DNA from: a virus
DNA length: 52,269 bases
Direction: 5' to 3' (one strand)
IMG/VR virus record: IMGVR_UViG_3300045988_083627
Coordinates: 1-52,269 of that record
Position 1 is the first letter of the stretch. Every line of letters begins with the position of its first letter. Below are positions 45,371 through 52,269 of this stretch, piece after piece. A program made the translations under genes and the position numbers. The notes below the pieces were generated by a model, which saw only the letters and a program-made list of their open reading frames with translations, was not told the origin of the DNA and ran no database searches.

Positions 45371-46317
45371 GACATCGCTTCGGCAAGGCTCTTGAACTGC
45401 GGAGGCTTGTTTTCACTTGAGCCTGTGGACTGTGGCATGTCGAGAGCAGGCTCAGTCGGTGCAGGCTTCTCCTGCTTAGGATGGAGAGCCTTGCCTCGTT
45501 CGGTCAGCTTGGCGATCTGACGGTTGACCTGTGCCAAAGCCTTGTCAAGGTCGCAGCTATAGCCAATGGCATTGCCTTCCTCGTCCTTTACCTCGTAGTC
45601 CTCAATGAGGGAATCAAGCATATCGCGCTGCACATCGTTGAGTTTCTTGTAGGTCTCAGCGAACTTGAGCGTGCGAACGATAGGCTCCTTCCCTTTCTTG
45701 AGCTCATCGATACGCTGCTTCGCGATCTTGTTGAAAGCCTGCTCAAGCTCAGCATTGTAATCATCGACCCACTGCTTCGCCTGTGCACGGGGGTTGTCAC
45801 CTGTGAACGGACGCCCAGTCTCAGGATTGATGTAGGTAGGAACACCGTCCTCGTCCTTGGTGTAGATGTCAGGGTCGTTGATAGATGCGCCGAGCTTGCC
45901 ATCACGGGTGACTCGGATCTTACCAGAAGCCTTCATTGCATTGGCGACATCGCTCACAGCTTGGTCTTCGATGGACGACTCGATGGACGAGATAGTTTCA
46001 TTTACTTCCTCAGCTGAGTAATCAAACTCTGAAACTGTTTCTCCAGCTGCTCCGTCAACAGCGCCGCTTCCTCCAGCGTCTGTGCCATCCAGCTGTGCAT
46101 CATCGGACTGGCCTTCAGCCACAGGTTCGGCATCACTTCCACTGGTACCTTCTGCTTGTCCGGGCTCCCCTGCATCAGGCTGTCCGTCTCGATTGGCTGG
46201 AGTCTCTTCAGGTTCTTTCTTATTTCTTTGTTCCAGCGCAGCAAATGCCGCCTCCCACGAATCAATCGTAGGAGCTTCATCTTTCTTTGCATCCAGCTTT
46301 TCATCGATTCCATCCAT
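45331..46317 (-). CDS. acidic hypothetical protein (328 aa)
   Basis: ORF in the operon. Confidence 0.55.
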   Translation of the reverse strand: MDGIDEKLDAKKDEAPTIDSWEAAFAALEQRNKKEPEETPANRDGQPDAGEPGQAEGTSGSDAEPVAEGQSDDAQLDGTDAGGSGAVDGAAGETVSEFDYSAEEVNETISSIESSIEDQAVSDVANAMKASGKIRVTRDGKLGASINDPDIYTKDEDGVPTYINPETGRPFTGDNPRAQAKQWVDDYNAELEQAFNKIAKQRIDELKKGKEPIVRTLKFAETYKKLNDVQRDMLDSLIEDYEVKDEEGNAIGYSCDLDKALAQVNRQIAKLTERGKALHPKQEKPAPTEPALDMPQSTGSSENKPPQFKSLAEAMSWSQDQMLKKGRK

Positions 46318-46705
46318 CTTGTTCCTCTCTCTGATCGTTCATGTCCTGCAACTGCTGGATGTGTGTTCTGATCCAGCTTTGCTTCAGCATGTTGTATAGC
46401 AGCTGCCAGCGCTCGACGATGTTCTCGGTGTCCTTGGAATCGAACTGCTTGATAAGCACCTCGATTGCCGAATCAATATCGGCCACCTTGCCGAGCGCGT
46501 TCCTCATGCGGGTCAGGAACTTGTTGGTTTCCTTGATGACCTGCTTGAACTCCATCAGCCTTTGCTGGTCTGTGATTCCATCGGTGAACCTACAGGAATC
46601 ATATTGTTCAACCAGGGTGTTCCAGCTAGCCACAAGATCCAAGTGCCTGCATTCCTCATCGACCCACGCTGCGAACTGCTTATTAGTAGATGCCAGCGCG
46701 TTCAT
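46301..46705 (-). CDS. hypothetical protein (134 aa)
   Basis: ORF in the operon. Confidence 0.5.
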   Translation of the reverse strand: MNALASTNKQFAAWVDEECRHLDLVASWNTLVEQYDSCRFTDGITDQQRLMEFKQVIKETNKFLTRMRNALGKVADIDSAIEVLIKQFDSKDTENIVERWQLLYNMLKQSWIRTHIQQLQDMNDQREEQDGWNR

Positions 46706-47402
46706 CGATAAGCTTCTGTCGACGCCACTTCTCCCATTCGGCGTCAGTCAAAGGAATCGAGGCAGCCAAGGTCACGCCATCGATATAGCTCATAATCGGT
46801 TTGCCGCTGAACTTAGGGAGCAGCTCAGGAGCAAGCTGGGTGATAAGAGTCTTTAGCCCGAATAGCTGGATCATCGTATCTTCCACCTGCACAAGCTGGG
46901 TTGGGAACGACCATAGATAACCAGCCTGTCCATCGTTGCCCAGGACAACAGGTACAGGCATTTTGTGCAGACCAGGCGTGAAGCTGATCTCGGTACCGAT
47001 CTTAGGAAACGTAGTCTTTGCATAGACGGGCTTTGAGGTGTCCTCTCGTAGAATCTCATAGTCTCCGACCATGCGGTCTACTTCCTCGGGTGCACCGTAG
47101 ATGCGGTCGCCTGCGTTGGTCTCGCGGACGATGATGTCATGGCCGACCTGCTCGTCGTAAGCAATGTTACGTTTCGCATCGGGCACCATCATCGGTGTGA
47201 TGAGGATCTTCTTTCCGTACAGCGGATGGTGTCGAGGGTCTTTGTCCAATGCTTTCTTTGGCTTCTTTGTTTGAGGTTCCCAGTCCTCGCCTTTGAGGTA
47301 CGCTGTGATTCGACTGCACCTCTGCTGATAGGTGAGCCCATCAGGCTCCAAGCCTGCACGCTCCTCCATCCGCTCCAGCTCTTCCTTCTTCAAAGCTGTC
47401 AT
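46683..47402 (-). CDS. hypothetical protein (239 aa)
   Basis: ORF; a possible TATAAT -10 on the minus strand at 47446-47451. Confidence 0.55.
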   Translation of the reverse strand: MTALKKEELERMEERAGLEPDGLTYQQRCSRITAYLKGEDWEPQTKKPKKALDKDPRHHPLYGKKILITPMMVPDAKRNIAYDEQVGHDIIVRETNAGDRIYGAPEEVDRMVGDYEILREDTSKPVYAKTTFPKIGTEISFTPGLHKMPVPVVLGNDGQAGYLWSFPTQLVQVEDTMIQLFGLKTLITQLAPELLPKFSGKPIMSYIDGVTLAASIPLTDAEWEKWRRQKLIDERAGIY

Positions 47403-47455
47403 CCTTTACCACCTTTCGACTAACCATGTAGTAAACATGTAGTTTATTATAGCAT

Positions 47456-47489
47456 GAAAAAAAATAGGGCCGTCCATAAGGACGACCCT
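47456..47489 (-). terminator. rho-independent terminator after the exonuclease gene (AGGGCCGUCC stem followed by UUUUUUUU)
   Basis: 9 of 10 bp stem with a 4-nt loop and an 8-U tract on the minus strand. Confidence 0.6.
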
Positions 47490-47494
47490 AAAAG

Positions 47495-48265
47495 TTAAAT
47501 ATTCATTCTTTCTTGCTTCATGAGCTCGTTCCTATAATAGTCTGAGTTCTTTGCGTTTTTAGTATTAAACTCATAGAAGTCATTCGTTTTTCCAACTTCT
47601 AAACGACTTTCGTCATATAGGAATTCTTTGAATGAATTCTCTGCTTCTTTAACCATCTTGATCTCTTCTTCAAGATCTTGCCTACTATAAGTCTTAATGG
47701 CAAGCCTGATACTAGAATCAGGATTGAAGAATATCAAATTAGCAAATTGGCAATTTTTGAGTAAAGCCATACCTACAGCAAGTTGCCATCGCTCAGGACA
47801 ATCTTTCTTATCAGTATGGACTGAGACTATATGTCGTTCCATACCGTAACTCTTGACTTCACCAATGTTTGTTGGGCATGGCTCTCCGTCTTTCTTGATA
47901 TCATACAAAGCTGTCTTCTTTGTTTGCGGAATCGACATAGCATCAGGAGACCAACCAAGAAAATCCTTAACTAGGATGATATCGTCCCAATGATACAAGT
48001 TAAGGTTTGCTACCTTGTTCGCTTCCTCTATAGCAATAGGTTCAAGTAGATGGCCTCTAGCTGCCATGCCCGTAGCAACACAATCTTCATCCGAGATATA
48101 TTCTGTTGCAAAGCTAGAAGCAATCTTCAGCATATTCGCTTCTATCTGAGCTTGCGATCTCTTACGTCCTGTCTCAGTTACAGGCAGAATGCTCTTGATG
48201 CTAGAAGCTGTTAAGTAATTTGTTCTAGCCATCATCCATTCCTTATCGACCACATGTCTCCACAT
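47495..48265 (-). CDS. YqaJ / lambda-exonuclease-like recombination exonuclease (PD-(D/E)xK)
   Basis: GMAARGHLLEPIAIE ... SPDAMS ... IGEVKS motif series; AAGGAA ribosome-binding site. Confidence 0.65.
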   Translation of the reverse strand: MWRHVVDKEWMMARTNYLTASSIKSILPVTETGRKRSQAQIEANMLKIASSFATEYISDEDCVATGMAARGHLLEPIAIEEANKVANLNLYHWDDIILVKDFLGWSPDAMSIPQTKKTALYDIKKDGEPCPTNIGEVKSYGMERHIVSVHTDKKDCPERWQLAVGMALLKNCQFANLIFFNPDSSIRLAIKTYSRQDLEEEIKMVKEAENSFKEFLYDESRLEVGKTNDFYEFNTKNAKNSDYYRNELMKQERMNI

Positions 48266-48280
48266 AATCTTATTTCCTTA

Positions 48281-48320
48281 ATCTAAAAAAGGGCCCAGTC
48301 GTATTATCGACCGAGCCCTT
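48281..48320 (-). terminator. rho-independent terminator after the SSB-like gene (nested AAGGGC / GUCG stems followed by UUUUUU)
   Basis: Compound hairpin followed by a T6 tract on the minus strand. Confidence 0.55.
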
Positions 48321-48341
48321 CGTGTTACTTGCAGTTACCAA

Positions 48342-49112
48342 TTAGAACGGGATGTCATTGTCATAGACAGACATAGGAACCGGAGTACCAGGATCGACCT
48401 GCGGTGCATATCCCGTAGGCTGAGGCTGAGTGAACCCTGTATCTACAGGAATGTCAGCAGCATTGACGCTTACCTGCTGCGGCGTCTGCTGATACTGAAC
48501 CTGCGTAGGAGCAGGAGAATATCCTACCTGCGGCTGCATGACTGGATTAGGCATGGAGACCGCGGGGGCAGTGGAGGCAGTGGGAGCAGCGACGACACCG
48601 CCGTGCGCACCATCATCGGCGAGCAGTTGGGGCACGGTAAGATAGGAAGGCAATTCCTCTCTCAACTGATACGGTCCCGCTTGCACTTCCTCTACCGTCC
48701 AAGGTCGAGGATTGCCAGAGCCATAGCTGAATCCCTGCGGTGGTTGCACCGTAGAGATCCGAATGGTCTTACCAATAAGGTTCATCATATCCTCGCCGCC
48801 TGCGATCTTGAACAGATCGATATGCACTGAAGGCTTCTTACCTTCACGTTGCGCCTTTCCTGCTTCTGCAAAGGTGAAGGTTCGATAGCCGCCGCTCGGT
48901 CCGCAAAGCGTGATACGAATATTCCAGACCGGGTTCCCATTCGGCCAGAACTTCGGAGTCGTCGGACCATGCTGTCCGAAGTTCATTGCCTGCACTTCCT
49001 GAATGGCAACTACCGTGCCAGTCAGTTCGGTAGAGAACCCAGGCTGATTGGGTCGAGAATAGTTCCAGTTATGCTCATTACGGTTAGAACTTTGTCCAGG
49101 ATTGAGTGCCAT
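48342..49112 (-). CDS. ssDNA-binding-like protein with a canonical SSB C-terminal tail (...YDNDIPF) but a non-canonical N-terminal domain; Pro/Gln-rich linker
   Basis: The C-terminal DNDIPF resembles the SSB DDDIPF partner-binding tip; adjacent to the exonuclease gene. Confidence 0.45.
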   Translation of the reverse strand: MALNPGQSSNRNEHNWNYSRPNQPGFSTELTGTVVAIQEVQAMNFGQHGPTTPKFWPNGNPVWNIRITLCGPSGGYRTFTFAEAGKAQREGKKPSVHIDLFKIAGGEDMMNLIGKTIRISTVQPPQGFSYGSGNPRPWTVEEVQAGPYQLREELPSYLTVPQLLADDGAHGGVVAAPTASTAPAVSMPNPVMQPQVGYSPAPTQVQYQQTPQQVSVNAADIPVDTGFTQPQPTGYAPQVDPGTPVPMSVYDNDIPF

Positions 49113-49138
49113 GTTTCTTTTCCTTTCTATAGGGTTCG

Positions 49139-49444
49139 TTAATTGTACTCTACATCGATGAGCAGAGATTCGAGAGTTTCAAGATCCTCTTCGAGATAAT
49201 AACTTGCAACTTTTTTGATCCTTTTTTCCCAATCATAATGGTTCAGATCATCTATCTGTTTATCTCGAAATCCAAGCATAAGTTGCTCAAAGTCATCAAC
49301 TGGTCTTTGTGCGTTTATGGTACAGTTATAGTCATATGTTGCAATGTAAGCTAAGGTCCAGTTGACTAGATCGTCGTTACGTCGTCCTTCAGTGAACGAG
49401 TCAGGATAGTTTTCTATCCCTTCCTTGTATTTGTTCCAATCCAT
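49139..49444 (-). CDS. hypothetical protein (101 aa)
   Basis: TAATG coupling. Confidence 0.5.
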   Translation of the reverse strand: MDWNKYKEGIENYPDSFTEGRRNDDLVNWTLAYIATYDYNCTINAQRPVDDFEQLMLGFRDKQIDDLNHYDWEKRIKKVASYYLEEDLETLESLLIDVEYN

Positions 49445-49629
49445 TATTCCGAGATCCCTTCGTATCCCTCTGCCAGCATAGCTTCGATGATGTCCTTGTC
49501 AGTAATGTTGCCTTTGCCAAGCTCAGACCAATCTTCTTTGGTGAACCCTTGGCTCATGATGAAATCGTACAGGCTCATTTGTTCCTCTCTTTCTTTCGCA
49601 TGTTCACGTATGTCTTGAGGTCGTTCCAT
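49444..49629 (-). CDS. small acidic protein (61 aa)
   Basis: ORF; overlaps the PrimPol 3' end. Confidence 0.4.
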   Translation of the reverse strand: MERPQDIREHAKEREEQMSLYDFIMSQGFTKEDWSELGKGNITDKDIIEAMLAEGYEGISE

Positions 49630-50342
49630 ATCTCATCGGTCAGCATCAACCGATTGATACCGTTGGACTGCTTAACTTTCGTATAGACAGCCGCATTCGT
49701 TTGGTTTCCCATAAGGTCGATGTGCGCATATGGGAAATGCGATATCGGTACGATGTGCGGTGTCGAGAAGTACAGATGGAAGCTTCCAGGTTTCGATGGA
49801 TGACTCCAACATTCAGTGATGTTCCTGTACTTCTCTCCCCATGCAATCGTCCTCTCGTCGAACGTACCATGTCCCTCACCGTCAATGTCGATGACAATGA
49901 ACGGCTGGGCATACATGTTCTGTCCGACGTAACCGCAGTCTGACAAGGCGATGGCTGCATCTCTGGTATACAGATTAGGAATATAATCCTTACTGTACCC
50001 CCATTTCATCATGGGCTTGTTATCCCATGAGCATGGGAACCATCGCTTATCGGTACCCTTCCAACCATCAGGAAGCTTCTTCAGATCAGATAACTTCGAT
50101 TGCATCACTTGCTGTGCTGCTGTCGGTTTCCTGATTGTTGGGTTGAAGTTCGACTGAGGTCTTACGAAACTACGCTTGAATGAACCATCGTTATAGTTTC
50201 GTATATCCTTTTCTCGAACAGGGATATTGAGCTGTCGAAGATGATCGAGAACATCATCCAGTGGAATCCCGTTCAATCCGCATCGATACATAGCGAAGTA
50301 GGGAGACTCACCGAACGCGAACAGGTTTCTCCAATCAAGCAT
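49575..50342 (-). CDS. primase-polymerase (PrimPol, archaeo-eukaryotic primase superfamily) domain protein
   Basis: Motif I FIVIDIDGEGHG, motif II PGSFHLYF and motif III HIDLMG. Confidence 0.6.
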   Translation of the reverse strand: MLDWRNLFAFGESPYFAMYRCGLNGIPLDDVLDHLRQLNIPVREKDIRNYNDGSFKRSFVRPQSNFNPTIRKPTAAQQVMQSKLSDLKKLPDGWKGTDKRWFPCSWDNKPMMKWGYSKDYIPNLYTRDAAIALSDCGYVGQNMYAQPFIVIDIDGEGHGTFDERTIAWGEKYRNITECWSHPSKPGSFHLYFSTPHIVPISHFPYAHIDLMGNQTNAAVYTKVKQSNGINRLMLTDEIWNDLKTYVNMRKKERNK

Positions 50343-51546
50343 CTTCGCTCACCCCTTGCTTCTCTGGTTTATTCAAGATATCTTTGGTAGTTACATAGCC
50401 ATAAAACCTGAGGCCAACATCATTGTACTTGCCATTGAGACAATCTTTGAGCAGCTCCTGGGTTCCTTCGTTCGGTATTCTGTTCTTGATTGCAGAGCGA
50501 AGCTCAATTATGGAGGACAAGCTATATCCTCCCGACTTCGAGATATGAGTCAAAGCTTTTACAAGCTTGTTCATATCCGCTATGTTCTCAGTTGCATCAC
50601 TCTTAATGCGCTCCAGAAACAATGTATTCGTATCAGGCGGATTCGATGATTCCTCAATATTCTTCAATGTACTCTTAATGTCAGACATTGTCTGGCACTC
50701 TTGTATCCATACTTTCATCCTATTAAGAGAATTGATGTTTACATTCTGTTCATGAGTAAGCGATTGGAGAATCGTGCAAAGACCATACTTCAGAAGTTCC
50801 AAATCTTCAAGGCCGTTCTGATTGTTATTGATCGAAGCATACAATTCATCAATAAGACCTTGGTCTACTCCATACATGTTGCGCCAAATAGCATTGGAAC
50901 TATCAACTGTTTTCGCTAGTTTCAACAGATTGGTTACTGTTCTGGCTGTCATATAGTTGTAGTCTTGAACCCCGAATCCACTTCTATATGTGCTCTTGAT
51001 TATATTGATGAGTTTTTTCGTTGGGACTACATTGAGTTCCTTATTTACCCATTCGCACCAAGTTTCCTCATCGAACTTGACGTTAAGCCATAGGAACCTC
51101 TGCTTAGTTTGCGGAAGCATATCGCATTTACCTTGAGGGTTACCCATGGCTACGATGAGGATGCTTGGAAGTTTTCTACCTGACATCATGTTGCGTTCCT
51201 GAATCAGAGTCAGGCACGCATTGAGAGTCATGATGTTTCCATTTGTAAACTCGTCGAATGCAAGGACATCCCCGTCCTTCATATCGAGCAAGTAATCGAA
51301 GTCGTATATCTTCATACGCTTCGTGTCTGCATCAGGCATAGCCATGCCCGAGATCTCGGACGGCATCCTTTGACTGGTAATGAACTCGAAGTATTGCCGT
51401 CCGTGTTCCTCGCACCATTGTTTACACTGAGAGGTCTTTGATAATCCTGGATCGCTCATCAATGCGAGCGCCATCTCATCTCGATGTTGATCCAGGATGT
51501 CCAGATAAGTCTTGATGTTCTTCACTTCTTCTAACCTTCTTTCCAT
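50335..51546 (-). CDS. AAA_5 (MoxR/CbbQ-like) AAA+ ATPase
   Basis: P-loop SDPGLSKTS; Walker B VLAFDEFTNGN; sensor-1 ILIVAMGNPQG, which fits the AAA_5 pattern. Confidence 0.65.
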   Translation of the reverse strand: MERRLEEVKNIKTYLDILDQHRDEMALALMSDPGLSKTSQCKQWCEEHGRQYFEFITSQRMPSEISGMAMPDADTKRMKIYDFDYLLDMKDGDVLAFDEFTNGNIMTLNACLTLIQERNMMSGRKLPSILIVAMGNPQGKCDMLPQTKQRFLWLNVKFDEETWCEWVNKELNVVPTKKLINIIKSTYRSGFGVQDYNYMTARTVTNLLKLAKTVDSSNAIWRNMYGVDQGLIDELYASINNNQNGLEDLELLKYGLCTILQSLTHEQNVNINSLNRMKVWIQECQTMSDIKSTLKNIEESSNPPDTNTLFLERIKSDATENIADMNKLVKALTHISKSGGYSLSSIIELRSAIKNRIPNEGTQELLKDCLNGKYNDVGLRFYGYVTTKDILNKPEKQGVSEDA

Positions 51547-51928
51547 GTGTCTTGATATAGTTCACGAAGTGGTTGAGGTACCAGAAGGAATGCCCGTCGG
51601 CACTCCATACTTCCCAATCGTTGATACTTGTTTGCCACTTCGCAATAACCAGGTAAGCCTTGCGAACCTTGGCATTGTGCATCTCGGTTCGCGTTTGCTT
51701 CAGCCATTCCTCTTTAACCTTGCGGCTGACTGAAGCTGTTTGCTTTCCTGTCTTCACTTCGAAGATGATCTCCTCGGTACAGATGTTGCCATCGTACATC
51801 CTGAGGAGAACGTCTCCCTGGTCTAAGCTGCCGTGCAGAGCTTGGCGAAAAGCTTCCAGTCCTGCACTTTCAAGATACTTTACCAGATTAGTTTCGGCTC
51901 TGGTGCCTTTTGCCTTACTTTTATTCAT
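51476..51928 (-). CDS. T7 endonuclease I-like / PD-(D/E)xK Holliday-junction resolvase (about 150 aa from ATG 51928)
   Basis: KAKGTRAETNLVKYLESAG ... GDVLL ... EIIFEVKTGK resembles T7 gp3 (GAKGIRKVGAFRSGLE ... PDFLL ... FVETKG); ATGAATAA overlap with the upstream stop. Confidence 0.5.
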   Translation of the reverse strand: MNKSKAKGTRAETNLVKYLESAGLEAFRQALHGSLDQGDVLLRMYDGNICTEEIIFEVKTGKQTASVSRKVKEEWLKQTRTEMHNAKVRKAYLVIAKWQTSINDWEVWSADGHSFWYLNHFVNYIKTHGKKVRRSEEHQDLSGHPGSTSR

Positions 51929-52269
51929 AACAGTAATGCTTCTTGAACAGCTTTGCCCAGTCGTAGCAACGATGGACTTCAACACTCGGGCAGTTCTGAG
52001 TAACCCATCTTGCATAGCCGGTACCCTTGGCGTACTTACAACCATAGACATCGTACTCACCGATGAAGAAATCGTAGAGGTGCTTGGTCCTGATCTTCTG
52101 GTCAAGCTTGATTACTCCCGGATTATCGGAATCTCCGAACGAGATAACAACATCGTAGTCCATGTTGTTCTTTTTCAGAATCTTCCTGAAGTACATAGAC
52201 TCATTGCTGCGAGGAATTTCTTCTCGTTCTTTCTTGATATCCATCTTCAGAACTTCCTCGTTCGTATAG
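51921..52269 (-). CDS. C-terminal part of the wrap-around vWA-domain protein (continues from window positions 699..1)
   Basis: Same reading frame across the 55-bp terminal redundancy; TAA at 51921-51923. Confidence 0.5.
   Translation of the reverse strand, partial: YTNEEVLKMDIKKEREEIPRSNESMYFRKILKKNNMDYDVVISFGDSDNPGVIKLDQKIRTKHLYDFFIGEYDVYGCKYAKGTGYARWVTQNCPSVEVHRCYDWAKLFKKHYCYE

Noticed and set aside
51476-51546. Alternative AAA_5 start at ATG 51474, which would avoid the 71-nt overlap
   Set aside because: It would place the P-loop 5 residues from the N-terminus. AAA_5 domains need about 25 residues before Walker A, so the overlapping start at 51546 is retained.
1-52269. Assignment as a canonical crAss-like Bacteroidetes phage
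   Set aside because: Strong AGGAGG ribosome-binding sites throughout, a genome size of 52 kb, terminase on the opposite strand from portal and capsid, a CHAP endolysin and about 55-60% GC structural genes all argue against it. Only the RNAP cassette resembles crAss-like content.

Overview
The window appears to be a complete, circularly permuted double-stranded DNA phage genome of about 52.2 kb. Bases 1-55 are identical to 52215-52269, so the unique length is about 52,214 bp. It is organised as two divergent gene blocks.

Minus-strand block (about 42.8 kb through the window edge to 5.9 kb): many small early genes, several of them Cys-rich zinc-ribbon-like proteins. It also carries a recombination/replication set: YqaJ-like exonuclease, an SSB-like protein, PrimPol, an AAA_5/MoxR-like ATPase, a T7 endonuclease I-like resolvase and a vWA protein. 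Terminase large subunit lies at the distal end of this block.

Plus-strand block (7.2-42.8 kb): small early genes, an SF3/D5-like helicase, dUTPase and a DUF3310 protein. These are followed by a low-GC cassette of three very large virion proteins, one of which (2450 aa) carries the universal RNA-polymerase motif NADFDGD. Downstream are portal, a major capsid protein with a Big_2 domain, paralogous tail-fibre genes, and a holin plus CHAP-endolysin lysis cassette.

The blocks diverge at a 1.27-kb non-coding origin-like region and converge at a bidirectional terminator. Strong AGGAGG-type ribosome-binding sites argue against a Bacteroidetes host. No tRNA, CRISPR array, integrase or DNA polymerase was recognised. 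All functional calls come from motif recognition by eye; no database search was run.
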